From NCBI RefSeq assembly GCF_009914755.1, contig NC_060926.1: a stretch of 64,000 bases of DNA. One strand, 5' to 3'. A program made the translations under genes and the position numbers. The DNA is from the human T2T-CHM13v2.0 reference genome, Homo sapiens. Below, in pieces: positions 13,433-27,026 of this stretch. Position 1 is the first letter of the stretch. Each line of letters starts with the position of its first letter. The notes below the pieces were generated by a model that ran no database searches, was not told the DNA's origin, and saw nothing but the letters and a program-made list of their open reading frames with translations.

Positions 13433-14529
13433 GAAATTCATCCCTTTTACATTACCAAAATGTAAAATATTCAAGTCTTGGGAAGGCACATTTACATGTT
13501 AGGAAATCACACATTCATAGTTCATGGCATCTTTTGAACACTTTTTGGAAACAAGTGTCCAAATATTCATCCCTAGAAATCAACCTTTGAATTTAATCCT
13601 TCAAACTACCATGTATTCTTCCAACAATGAAAGAAAAAGGTTAAAACACTTTTTTTTCCCTATGACTCCTAACTGAAAGAATTGAGAGTTTTCATCAGGA
13701 ATATAAAGAATTTATTATGTTTAAGGCCTATCATAGATCTGTGAATAGGTTGAGAAGGAACATTCTGAGGTTGATGAAGTAACACAGCACATTAGCAAAA
13801 AAAAAAAAATTCAATTAGTTATTAATACTTTGAAATTCTATCCACAATCAGCCCAAAGTAAAAGATTAATAAAAGTGAGTAAGGAATTCCACAGTTCTGT
13901 ATATATAAAAGTAGCAGCAATCACACCCCATAACCTGTCTCATTCTATCCAATTTTATCAACTTTATTGAAGGCCTATCCATGCATCATAATGAAGAGCT
14001 TTTATGCACTAATCACCAATAAGAACCCAACTAATTCTCTAAAAATTACTGAATTACTGACTGTTCATTTTCAAAGGTGAGCAAAGCCATAGGAGACTAA
14101 GAGGTTTGCCAGTCTCATGTAAATCAGTTTAGTAAAGAAAACTCAGTGACTCTTTTTAAAGTAAAAATAAACTGAGTAAAATGAACCAATGTATGTAAAA
14201 GCTTTTCAGGGCTATTCTTCATCCAAATACCCAAAAATAATTGGCCACTGTCTCAAGTTTATCTACATATACCACATATTTGCCTCAAATTTCCCTCCTC
14301 AAAGGTAAAGGCAAATATCCAATGCCAATGCATCATATGACTAATTACAAACTCATTTGGTTAATTTTTTTTTCTGCTTGTTAATAATTATGTGTGAAAG
14401 TACACTTATTTTTCATGGATAAATAGTCTAACAATTATTTATATATTTTATTCTAAACCAGACTTTAAACATTGTTTATATTCTCGATGATTCCTCTAGG
14501 TAAGTATTATCCAAGTGATATATTCAAAA

Positions 14530-14765
14530 TTTTCAGTGTTTCTTAAAAAGAGGTTTGAATGGTCAAATATTATATTAAATACTGTGTGTCTTACTGTCTA
14601 CATAAGGATACTAAAGGCTCTGAGCAATTCTGCAATTAAGAAATAAGCTAACTTTAAACTCAATATAGCAGAACTATTTAGGAATGAGACACTGTTTCTC
14701 TTTTTTATTATTAATCCTACAGAATTAGTATTAACATTCTGTGGAGTCCTCTTTGAAAATACCTA
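14530..14765. mobile_element. Possible old hAT/Charlie-type MITE
   Basis: cagtgtttctt start and aaggctctgagcaattctgcaattaagaaa resemble recalled hAT MITE consensus. The family could not be resolved. Confidence 0.35.
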
Positions 14766-16489
14766 TTTCAGCTTAGAAAAGAATTGTTTTCTTTGCCTGT
14801 ATGAATAAAAGAAAGTGAACCAAGTATGTTAGGAAATCCAAACCACAGGAATAGGAACTTTTACAGACTGATTATGCTGAGTAGAGATCACATAATGCAT
14901 GATCTATTTATCTAGCTACTTAGTCAAGGCCCTGCCCCTTATCAATGTTCTCACTACCATTGGTTCATGTCCCTCTAATCCTACTATATTATCCTAATGA
15001 CCTCTTGCCTCCCTCAATGAGACAAGTTCAGTAAGCAATTGTTTATCTTCCTCTTAGTTATGATTAATGACTCTTGGAATTGGAGCATATTTATCCAGTA
15101 AGCAATACAAAGCAAGTTAAAGAAGAACCTCAGGCCCAAAATCAGTATACTGATTCTCCATGATACACTCACTTCAGCTTTTAAACATCATAGAATGTCT
15201 TAGTGACTAAGAAAATTGCATCTGACAAAATAGTTAAATCTCCAATATATTAAACTGGAAATACCAATGAAAATGCCAGATAAGCACAGCAATTTTTTTT
15301 CAACACTGATACTATTTTTTTTTCCTGAGATTTTGCTTTCCAGTGGGTTCTCTATTGAAAAAATGGCTATCCTCCTTGGAAGGTGATTGGTGAAGGAAAA
15401 ACTTTAACAGGGACTCAGAACATATTATTATTGCTAGGATGCTGATTCTGTCAAACATGTCTGGAATGGGTTCAGTAATATTAACCAAAAAACCTCACAA
15501 AAGAACTACATTAAAAGAACTTACACTGTCTAAATTGTTACAATTTAAAATTAATAATGACATAAACAACTCATAATTAATACAAATAAAAATAAATCCA
15601 GTTCTCAGAAGGTCATGATTTCATAAAATCTGAAAGTGAAAAATTAACATAAGGTGTACTATATTAATTACAATATAAAAGTAGGGAAGTGTTAATGTTT
15701 ATGCATAAAGTTTTTTTTATTAAGTGTATGTTTGTTTATAAACTACTAAGATATATTTGCTTCTAACAGAGTTAGTAGAGAATGTTGGATGGGAATTCGG
15801 TGGAAGGGGTTGTTGCTTATGCAAATAATCCCAGAAGTGTTCATGATCATACCAAGAATAGGAGGGAAAATCCAGCTCCAAAGTCATTTGCAATATATGA
15901 GCAGCAAGAAAGTTCAACACTGTGTTGCAGGTAGATGAATCACCTACATGTTCTAAAGAGAGGATTTTACCATGTAGAATCTATGTTTCACTGGTATGAG
16001 AAAACTTTTGTAGGAATTATTAATTGGAATTAGATACAGATTAACACCTTATCTTTTTAATAATCTTTCAGAACAGATGACACATTGAATTATATAATAC
16101 TAAGAAAAATCAGAGTGTGCATAGTTTGTAACGAAAAATTAAGTTAAAAACAGAATTTATATGAAAAAACAGACCAAGCTTGAAGTAACAGCTTTGTTTT
16201 CATGCATAAACTCTGTTATATCAATGGTTGATGTAACAAATTACACCAAACTGGTTGAAATTGCCTTTGGGGAATCAACTAGGTCTAATGATCCAACAAA
16301 AATATCAATTGGTTGATGATGCAGAACCAGTAATCACTTTCAGCTTGAGAATTTATTGTACATATTTTGGGTCTGTAAGTATTTAAAAATCACAATAAGG
16401 TACCAGAGTTAGCAATATTATAAACATTGGGACATATAAAATATAATAGAAATGATGATGACATGGTTTTGAGATTTTAAAATAGCTTT

Positions 16490-19400
16490 AAGCTTTCCCG
16501 TATCCTGTCTGACATGTAAAAATCTAGGAAGTTGCCACTCCATCCTAACAACAAGCAAAAAGCAGAACAAACTAAAATATCCACATTTTGTATGGATATT
16601 TTGTGGATATTGTGAAGTCACAGAGCAAACTGCTGTCCACAACATTGAAGGGACAGACAAACAGTACAGAGAATCACAATTTACCAGAGCAAAAATTCAC
16701 AAGCAGCAACCTTTGTAGGAACCAAGGCTGAGGTAGAAAAAATTGAACTGTAATTGAATTGCAAGAGGCTCAGTGTGGACAAGTCTGAGAGATAAAGATT
16801 GCAGGGTAAACGGTCATAGAAGGGCCTCCATGCTTGTGCAAATTTTACCTCTAGGAGCTAGACCATGTTCTCACAATGGATATGAGAGAAAAATTCCCTT
16901 ATGCTTCCAGCAAAAGGAGGGGTAAAGGGACCATTTTAAAATACAACAGACCATTTTGTTCTTTTTAACTAGGTCTGCCTTCAGGAGCAACTGTTTCATG
17001 AGCCTAACCTGCTGGGGTTTTATCAGAGCATAACCTTCCTAGGGGATGGGAAACATCCAGCTCTAGCCAGCTCTAGGCATACAATCCAACCAAAGCAGGG
17101 GAGGAGTCCTGAGAAGCAAGTGTGAAATTCACAGTCCAGAGCTACAGGCTCACTGAAAGACTGAAACTCACCTGTAAGACAATAGGACATTTCCCCTTCC
17201 CCCACAACCTATCACCACATTACTAATTACTAAAAGCTTATTTAGAACAGTTTATTTGCCTAGTACAGCGTGTCTGGCTAAAGAAAAAGTTACAAGACAT
17301 ACTGCTATAGTTTGGGTATCTGTCCTCACCAAATTTCATGTTGACATTTAAACCCCCATGTGGTAGTTTTGAAATGTGGGGCCTAATGGACAACATCTGG
17401 GTCATGGGGCTGGATCCCTTACGAATAGATTAATGCCCTCCCTTGGGGGTGAATGAATATACTCTATTAGTTCCTATGAGAGCTGGTTGTTAAAAATCCT
17501 AGCACCTCTTCCCTTTCTTTTTGGCTTTACCTTATGCCATGTGATCTCTGTACACACCGGGACCTTTTTGCCTCCTTTCATGAGTGGCAGCAGCCTTATG
17601 CCCTCACCACAAGTAGATGCTGGTGCTGTGCTACTGGTACAGCCTGCGGAATCATGAGCCAAATAAACATCTTTTCTTCACAAATTAGCCACTCTCAGGT
17701 TCTTTTTATCAACACAAAATGGACAAAGACATATACTAAAAGGCAAGAAACACAGTTTGAAGAAACAGAGCAACCTTCAAAACTAGATTCAGATATGGCA
17801 GGGATGCCGGAATTATCAGACAAGAAATTGAAAACAACTATGATTAATATGCTAAGGTCGGTAATGGATAATGTCAATAGCATGTAAAAACAGATAGACA
17901 AAGTGAGCAGAGAGATGAATTTCTAAGAAAGAACCAAAGAGAAATGTTAGAGATAAAAAATACTGAAAGAAATGAAAAATTTATTTTAGGAGCTTTCTTA
18001 TTAGACTGCATGTAGCTGAGAAACTAATATCTGAGCTTGAAGATACCTCAATAGAAACCTCCAAAACTGAAGAGAAAATAAATAAAAGACTAAAAAAAAA
18101 AAAACAGAAAAAAATACAGAGCCAAATATTCAAGAAATGTGGGACAATGATAAAAGGTATAACATACACAAAATAGGAATATAGAAGGAGAATAAAGGGA
18201 GAAAGAAACAGGAAGGATATTTAAAACAGTAATGACTGAGCATTATCTCCAAATGAATATCAGACACCGAGCTCAGAGAACACCACTCAAGACAAATAGC
18301 AGAAAAACTACATCTGGGAACGTCATTTGCAAACTACAGAAAATTAAAGATGAAGAAAAAGTCCTGAAAGAAGCTGGGGATGGGTGTGGTGGTGGGCGGA
18401 GGGGAAACACCTTAACTACAGGGGAGCAAAAATTAGAATGATATCCAACTTCTCAAAAACCATGCATGCAAGAAGACAGTGGAGTGAAATATTTAAAACA
18501 TTTGGAGAAAATAAAACCACTGACCTAGAATTCTGTACCCTGAAAAATTGTTTTTCAAAAGTAAAGAAGAAATACAGACTTTCAAAGACAGCCAAAACAT
18601 GAGTGAATTTCTCACCAGTAGACCTGCTTTGTACAAAAAGTTAAAAGAAGTTTTTTCGAGTTAAAGAAAATTATATAGGTCAGAAACTCAGCTCTACATA
18701 AGGAAAGGAAGAACATCAGAGAATAAATAAGTGGATGTAAAATAACAATTTTTATCTTTCTTATTCTTAATTGATATAACAGGTAATAGTTCATTCAAAA
18801 ATTAATAGCAAAAATGTATTAGATTTGCTGACCATGGTAGGGATGGTAGGGATTGGAATTATTTTGTCATTATAAGGTATTTGAACAACCTTTGAACTAT
18901 GGTATAGTGTTAGTTGAAAGTGGACTGCGATTTGTTGTAAATGTATATTGTAAACATTAGGACAAACAGTAAAAAATTAAAAGTAAAGAAGTAGTAAAAT
19001 TGCTATAGTAAAAAAGAAGAGAAAATTGAATCATGTAAAATCCTGTATTAAAATCACAACAAGCATAAAAACAGTGAAAGACAAAAACAGGAAGAAAGAA
19101 CAAGGGAAACAAATAGGAAACAGAAACAAATATGATAGCTATTAATTCTATATCAATAATCACTTTGAATGTCAATGGTCTAAACATATCAATAAACAGA
19201 TTTTCAGAGATGTCCAATGTCCAAAAACAAGACCCAATTATATGTTGCCTAGAAGAAACCCACTTTAAATATAAAGACACATATGGATCAAAAGTAAATG
19301 GATAGAGAGTAATAAACTATGCTAATAATAATCAAAAGAAAGCTATAGTAGATATTTTAATTTCACTCAGGACAAACTTCAAAGCAAGGAAACGTGTTCA
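16490..19400 (+). mobile_element. Old L1M (L1MC/L1MD-like) 5' portion: 5'UTR, ORF1 and start of ORF2
   Basis: ORF1-like cacagtttgaagaaacagagcaa...gatatggcagggatgccggaattatcagac. Endonuclease-start-like ataatcactttgaatgtcaatggtctaaac and tgttgcctagaagaaacccac. Confidence 0.8.
17303..17731 (+). mobile_element. MSTB-type MaLR solo LTR nested in L1M
   Basis: tgctatagtttgg...aacacaaaatggacaaagaca. 5-bp TSD catac/tatac. The L1 sequence reads through when the LTR is removed. Confidence 0.88.
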
Positions 19401-19754
19401 GGTACATTTATAATTGGTACAGTTAAATGGTAATTCTCAGACAATGGTGAGAATGTAAATGGGTCATTTTTTTGTGGAAGCATATTTGAAAACATTTATC
19501 CATAGCTTACATTTCATCTCTCTTAAAATCTTGGTGAGAAACTATTATTTTTCCCGTAGTTTCACAGCATCCTCTAGTGACAGAATCAGCACTGTCCTTG
19601 AGTCTTTCAGCTCCATTTACCATGCAAATACTTTTCCTCCTGCCTGCCTTGTTCTCACAAATAACTTCAGATTTGCATTAGTGGCAGACTTCACAACTCC
19701 TTCTATGAAAGTACCTTTTAATTCATGTGTTTCTCAACCTCGCCAGCACCTGTT

Positions 19755-20131
19755 TGTGAGGTCTCTGAGCCCAAGCCTGCACATATACATTCAGATGGCC
19801 TGAGGCAACTGAAGAACCACAGAAGAAGTGAAAATGGGCAGTTCTTGCCTTAACTGATGATATTACCTTGTGAAATTCCTTCTCCTGGACAATGAATCTC
19901 AGAAGCTCCCCCACTGAGCACCTTGTGAACCCACCTCCCCTGCCCACCAACGGACAAACCCCTTTGACTGTAATTTTCCACTACCTACCCAAATCCTCTA
20001 AAACTGCCGCACTCCATCTCCTTTTGCTGACTCCTTTTTCGGACTCAGCCCGCCTGCACGCAGGTGATTAAAAAGCTTTATTGCTCACACAAAGCCTTTT
20101 TGGTGTTCTCTTTACACAGACGCGTGTGACA
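19755..20131 (+). mobile_element. Solo HERV-H LTR (LTR7 family, LTR7C-like)
   Basis: tgtgaggtctctgagcccaagcctgcac...gccttaactgatga...gctttattgctcacacaaagcc...cgcgtgtgaca. Perfect TSD ctgtt at 19750-19754 and 20132-20136. Confidence 0.92.
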
Positions 20132-20373
20132 CTGTTATTCTTTGACTTTTTAATATTGTATGTCCTTTATTACATAATTAAAATACTATACCATGCAGCA
20201 TTAAATATAATTATTTTACAATAGAAAAGCAAATCACACATAAAACGTTTATTCTTTAGAAATTGCTGGGCTAAAGTAAGGGTCATTTGTATGACAAAGC
20301 AGCACAGACTTCACAATAGCTTCTAAGAAACTACTGAGATATTGAAATAGAACAATTAGAAATTATTTCTTTT

Positions 20374-23077
20374 TTTAAAAAAGTTTATGTTCAAGGCTAC
20401 ATGTGTAGGTTTTTTATATAGGTAAACTCATGTCCTGGGGGTTTGATGTACAGATTATTTTACCACCCAGGTACTAAGCCTAGTACCCAGTAGTTATTTT
20501 TTCTGCTCCTCTCCCTCCTTTCAACCCCCACTCTCTGGCGTGCCCTAATGTCTGTTGTTCCCCTCATTGTGTGCATATGTTTTCATCATTTAGCTCCCAT
20601 TTATAAGTGAGAACATGCAGTATTTGGTTTTCTGTTTCTGAGTTAGTTTGCTACAGATAATGGCCTCCAGCTCCATCCATGTCCCTGCAAAGGACATGAT
20701 CTTGTTCTTTTTTATGGATGCATAGTATTTCATGGTGTATATGTTCCACATTTTCTTTAACCAGTCTTCCATTGATGGGCATGTTGGTTGATTCCATGTC
20801 TTTGCCAATGTAAATAGTGCTGCAAAGAACATAGGTGTGCATTTGTCTTATGATAGAAAAAAATTATATTTCTTTGGGTATCTACCCAGTAATGGGATTT
20901 CTGGATGAAATGGTAGTTCTGTTTTGCACTCTTTAACGAATTGCCACACTGCTTCCACAATAGTTGAACAAATTTACATTCTCACCAATGTATAAGTGTT
21001 CTTTTTTCTCCACAACTTAGCCAGTACCTATTACAATTTAGACTTTTTAGTAATAGCCATTCTGAATGGTGTGAGATGTTATCTCATCCTGGTTTTGATT
21101 TGCATTGCGCTAATTATCAGTAATATTGAGCTTTTCTTTTTTTTCAAGTGCTTATTGGCCACATATATGTCTTCTTTTGAAAAGTTTCTGTTCATGTACT
21201 TTGCCCACTTTTTAAGGAATTGCTTTTTCCTTGTAAATTTCTTTCAGCTCCTTATAGATGCTGGATATTAGCCCTTTGTCAGCTGCATAGTTTGCAAATA
21301 TTTTCTCCCATTCTGTAGGTTGCCTGTTTACTCTATTGATAGTTTATTTTGCTATGTGAAAGTTTTTAGTTAAATTAGATTCAGTTTGTCAATTTTTGCT
21401 TTTGTTGAAATTGCTTTTGGCATCTTCATCATGATATATTTGCTAGTTTCTATGTCCAGAATGTTGTTGCCTAGGTTATCTTCCAGGGTTTTTACAGTTT
21501 TCGGTTTTACATTTTATATTTAAGTCTTTAATGCATCTTGAGATAATTTTGTGTATGGTGTAAATAAGGGGTCCAATTTCAATCTTCTGCATATAGTTAT
21601 CCAGTTATCCCAGTACGATTTTTTGCATAGGGTGCCCTTTCCTCATTGCTTTTTTTTTTTTCGTCAGCTTCATCAAAAATCAATTGATGTAGGTGTGCAG
21701 CCTTATTTCTAGGCTCTGTATTCTGTTCCATTGGTCTATGTGTCTGTTTCTGTACTGGTACCATGCTGTTTTGTTTATTGCAGCCCTGTATTATAGTTCA
21801 AAATCAGTAGCGTGATGCCTCTAGCTTTGCTCTTTCTGCTTAGGATTGCCTTGGCTATTCGGGCTCCTTCTTGGTTTCATATGAATTTTAAAATAGTTTT
21901 TTCTTGGTCTGTGAAGAATGTTATTGGTAGTTTGATAGAAATAACATTGAATCTGTAAATTGCTTTGGGCAGTGTGGCCATTTTAACGATATTGATTCTT
22001 CCTATCCATGTGCATGGAATGTTTTTCTATTTGTTTGTGTCATCTCTGATTTCTTAAAGGATTGTTTTATAATTCTCATTATAGAGATTTTTTACCTCCA
22101 TTGTTAGCTGTATTACTAGGTATTTTATTTTTTCTTTGTGACAGTTGTGAATGGATGTGTGTTCCTGATTTGGCTCTCAGCTTGGCTCTTTTTGGTGTAT
22201 AGGAATGCTAGTAATATTTGTACATTGATTTTGTATCCTGAAATTTTGCTGAAGTGGTTGATTAGCCTGAAGAAGCTTTCATGATGACACTATAAGGTTT
22301 TCCAGATATAGATTTATGTCATCTACAAACAGGGATAGTTTGACCTTCTCTCTTCCTTTTTGGATGTCCTTTATGTCCTTCCTTTGCCTGAGTGCTCTGG
22401 CTAGGACTTGCAGTACTATGTTGAATAGGGGTACTTGGAGAGTACCTCTTTGTATTGTGCTGGTTTTCAGGGGGAATGCTTTTAGCTTTTGCCAATTCAG
22501 TATAATGCTGTCTGTGAATTTGTCATAGATGGCTCTTATTATTTTGAGGTATGTTCCTTCAATACCTGGTTTATTGAGAGTTTTTAACATGAAGGAATGT
22601 TGAATTTTATCAAAAGCCTTCTCTGTATCTATTGAGATAATCATGTGGTTTTTGTCTTTAGTTATGTTTATGTGATGAATCACATTTATTAATTTGCTTA
22701 TGTTGAACCATCCTTGCATCCCAGGAATAAAGCCTACTTGATCATGCTGGATTAACTTTTGGATGTGTTGTTGGATTTGGTTTGCGAGTATTCTGTTGAG
22801 GATTTTTGCGTCAGTGTTCTTCAAGGATATTGGCCTGAACAGAACAATAATGAGCTCCAAAATTGAATCAGTAATAAGTATCCTACCTACCAAAAAAAAA
22901 AAAAAAAAAAAGCCCTGGACAGATTCACAGCCAAATTCTAGCAGATGTACAAAAAGCTGGTACCATTCCTACTGAAACTATTTCAAAAAATCGAGTAGGA
23001 GGAACTCCTCCCCAACTCATTCTACAAGGCCAGCATCATCCTGATACTCAAGCTGGCAGAGACACAACAAAAAAGAC
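20374..23077 (-). mobile_element. 5'-truncated, 5'-inverted L1 (L1PA13/14-like)
   Basis: Antisense 3'UTR and ORF2 run to 22839, then a sense ORF2 segment at 22834-23076. TSD tatttctttt at 20364-20373 and 23078-23087. ORF 22279..22893 is an L1 RT fragment. Confidence 0.9.
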
Positions 23078-23849
23078 TATTTCTTTTGCTGCTGAGCACT
23101 TAGCTTTCTCTGTTTTTTTCTCAGTTTTTTTCTGGATGGAGACACCAAACCTAATAGTGGATAAAATACCTTTAAACACCCAGGCATATTAACAACTCAC
23201 ACTCTAAATCTAATGTCTAACATTTTCTCCATAAAATTAGATGTATGACAGAAAAGCTGGGTGCATTGTAGAGTATCTGCAATTCAGTATTTGATTTCTT
23301 TCAGGATTGGAGAGAGAAATATCAGTTTTTAAAATTGTTAATTGTTTCTATATAAAATTGCTGGTTTTTTCAATGTCTTAAGTTTTTGTTTTAAGACAAT
23401 TCCTTATTTCAAATATGTCTGTGTAAATTGAATGCTGGATCTGTGGAAGAAGGGGATCCTTCTCAAACTTCCAAATAGAAATAAAAATGAATCTTCTCTG
23501 CCCTGCTGTCACTCTTCCAGGTTCTAGTTCCCAGAATTCCTTGCCTTTGCAGTTTAACTTCCAAGCATGTTTCTGTACGTTCATTGTGTGCCCCTTGGAC
23601 CCATCCTTTATTGAGTGGCCAGAGTAACCTATTTCAAGAGTCAGGAATCATACCACCCCTTTGCAGAAGACTCTGCAGATGTGTTTCATCACCTGCAAAC
23701 AAAAATGCTAACACAAATTTCTAACTCTACTTTAAACTGTTCCCTGTCTAGCTCTGGCTTCATAATATTACCCTATGCCTTACACTAAACATTCAACCCA
23801 CTACTGAGCCATTTTTATCCCTCACACATAATGCAATGAAAGTCGTTGT

Positions 23850-23930
23850 ACTTGCTTCTCAGGGTTGTTAGGAAATGATGTATCTAAAGAGCTTAGTGTG
23901 TGCCTCAAGGAAAACCCTCAAGAAAGTTAG
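23850..23930 (+). mobile_element. MIR 3' fragment
   Basis: ctcagggttgttaggaaatgatgtatctaaagagcttag. Confidence 0.5.
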
Positions 23931-25879
23931 CTTTTGAAAAGTAATTTTATAATGTTAATTCCACACATGACGTTTCTCATTATTTCCTCCCCTTGGGTAC
24001 CCTTCTGCCTCCCAAGTCCCATTCTCTTCTGCTTATCTTTTATTAATCTTGTGAACTCTAACTTTTTCCTCAAAATACATCTCACAGGTCATCTCTTCCA
24101 AGAATAACCGCCTCGCCTTTGCATGTCACTCCAGGCTCCTTTTTATCATTACAAAATAGTTACCCTTGCTTAATTCTTTCTTTTCCATCTGTTTTTCCCA
24201 TTCCTCTCCATTTGTCTTGAGGAAAATAATGAGGACTTACTCATTATTTTGCACTCTTAGAATTTAGCATAATAAACAGCAGCTAATAGGAACTTGTTTT
24301 TTTAAAAAAGGTAAGATATAAGAATGCTAAAGATAAATGCAAAGTCTGCACAAAGGAAAACTGAAAATTATTTCAACAATATTAACTTATCACATTATAT
24401 TGATCGTTATGAATTTAGGATGGTAATTTTTTTGTGAATAAGTGTTTGTCTGTCCTGAAGCAGTGCAGGAATAAATGTCATAACCAAATATTGTAGTATC
24501 CTTTACATTGGCATACTTAAGGTTTGAGGTCTTACGCAAGATTACTTGCTGTTAATTAAATTAGGGTATAAGGAAGAAATGAATTCAAAAATTTCACAGA
24601 AAATTTTCTACTGAATGGAAAGAGTCAGAGAAATATAGTATAAATTTTTTAAAAATAATATTAATAAATAAAGTAATGACGTGTTTATACATCAAGTAAT
24701 GGAAAAGCTCCCATTTAATCTCGGAAATCCACTAAAACTCATAAATAGGAAAGTATTTAAGCATATTTCTGACCTAGTCTCATCTGATTGCTTGACTTGC
24801 TACACTAGTACATTGGATATTGGTTAATTGCATAGTTTATCAATCTGCAAACTGTTTTGAAGTCCAGATGCTTTTTAGAACGTAATTATTCTAGATAAAT
24901 ACTGTTGCAGTTTTCATTTCAATTTTTGATCACATCACAGTAATACAACATTTTCTCATTACATTTCACTATAGATCATACACCGACATTATTTTCTAAA
25001 CTTGCTTACCAAATGCTTCCTTCATGAAGTTTTCCCAGCAAAATGTACATTCAGTTAAAGTGGGAATTCTGAGACTTCTAAACTAGATGGCATCCCTCCT
25101 CATCAGAAGTTCTTTTTAAGCCATTTAAATCCATCTAGGTCAATGGGATTGAAAAAAATAAACAAACAACTTTCAGAATAGTGTTCTGTGAAATTGACCT
25201 TTAAATGTTTTCTTTTCCCAAATAAAAATTATTTATCAAGACATTAAATATACACTTATAATTTTTCTTTCCATAAGGGTAATGTAGATGACTTTTTTCA
25301 GCAGTAGAAAACATGATGTATTTCTTGGAAAATATGGAGTGTTGCCTTGTAAATATAGGTAACCAGTCAAAAATTTTCTAAATGCCATTTAAAAAATAGC
25401 AATGTGTTAAATAATATATACATGAGTTTAAAATGGTGTTGCCACTAAATGTTACCTTTTGCCATTGTAACAATTGAATATACTCACATTAACAAATACA
25501 TTTTTAAAGTAAAAAAACTATTCAATTCTCAATATTTATCAAAAATCTTAAAAAATGTACATAAAATTAACAACTATAAGAAATCTGCATTTTATTTTTG
25601 AAGAACACATTAAATCAGGATAAAATTGACAAGTTAGAAATAGAAAATATCTGGAAGACAAAAATAATGTTAAAATATGTGCCTTTGGTCCAAAGGTATA
25701 TACATTTGCCCCTTGGCTGGCCTTCATTTTCCCACTCCTATTTTCTCATGGTATCTTATTTTTGCTCAGGCATACTCCCCTGACTATGCTGCTCATTTGC
25801 TTCAAGGAATGTTAATCTTCCTTCAAATCTAAAAGTCCATCCGGATTCACTTAGATCACTCAACACTTCTAATTATCAA

Positions 25880-26160
25880 TCCCACAGTTAGTTAGCAATA
25901 GTCTAGTCCAGTCCAAACTGAATTTAAACATTTTACTTAGAATGCTGGGACAAAGATACTCTCCCTTCTTCTGGACACCAAAGAAATGAATGTGATCCCT
26001 GGAACTCCTGCAACCATTTTGGGACCGTGAGAAAAGCCATCCAGAGCAAAAGGTGACCCATGAAGGAGAGAATGCCTTGGAGAATTAGTAGAACTCTGAT
26101 GAAACCCTAGTTGAAATCTACCCTGCCTCTGAACTGATTTTGTTATTTGAACTAATAACC
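25880..26160 (+). mobile_element. Old ERVL LTR fragment (LTR16/LTR33-like)
   Basis: cctggaactcctgcaaccattttg...ctaccctgcctctgaact...aataa. Confidence 0.5.
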
Positions 26161-26164
26161 TTCC

Positions 26165-26550
26165 TGTATTAGTTTGCTAGGGTTGCTGTAACAAAGTACC
26201 ACAAACTGAGGTGCTTATAGGACAGAAATATATGGCCTCATGGTTCTGGAGGCTAGAAGTTTGAGATCAAGGTGCCAGCAAGGTTATTTTCTTCTGAAGT
26301 CTGTGGGAAAGAATCCGTTCCATGCCTCTTCTGTGGCTTCTAGTGGTTTTCGGGCAATCTTTGGTGTTCTTAGGCTTGTAGAAGCATTATCTTGATCTAT
26401 GCCTTCTTCTTCACTTGGGATTATCCTTGCATGTGTGTCTCGGTGACCACATTTCCCCCTTTCATAAGGACACCAGTCATATTGAATAAAGGGCCCACCT
26501 TACTCTAGTATAACCTCATCTACATTTAAATAATTATAATTGCAATGGCT
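26165..26550 (-). mobile_element. MLT1C-like LTR
   Basis: tgtattagtttgctagggttgctgtaacaaagtaccacaaactg...taaggacaccagtcatattg. Confidence 0.8.
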
Positions 26551-26614
26551 GTCCTGTAGCTTCTAGTGGTTTTCTGGCAATCTTTGGTGTTATTAGGCTT
26601 GTGTAAGCCTGGAT

Positions 26615-27026
26615 TTTCTCTGCCATGAAAAATTACCACAAATTTGGTAACTTAAAATAGCAGAAATGTATTCTTTTTATATTGTTGGAGACCAGGAATC
26701 CAAAATCGATGAGCTGATTTGAAGAATCCATTCCATGCTTTTCTCCTAGCTTCCAGTTGCCCCGGCAATCCTTGTGTTCCTTGGCTTGTGGCTACCCTCC
26801 AATCTCTGCCTTCACCTTCACAGGCCCTTTCCCTCTGTATGACTCTGTGTTGTCTCTTCTTCTCTTATTATAATAAGCTATATTATTGATTTATCATTGG
26901 ATTTAGGGCCTACCCTAATTCGGGGTGATCTTATTTGGAGATCTTTACCTTACTTATGTAGACAAAGATCATTAATCCAAATAAGGTCACATTCTGAGTA
27001 AATGTGGTCACACATCCAACCCACTG
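26615..27026 (-). mobile_element. MLT1B-like LTR
   Basis: aaattaccacaaatttggtaacttaaaatagcagaaatg...ccaaataaggtcacattctgag. Confidence 0.75.
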
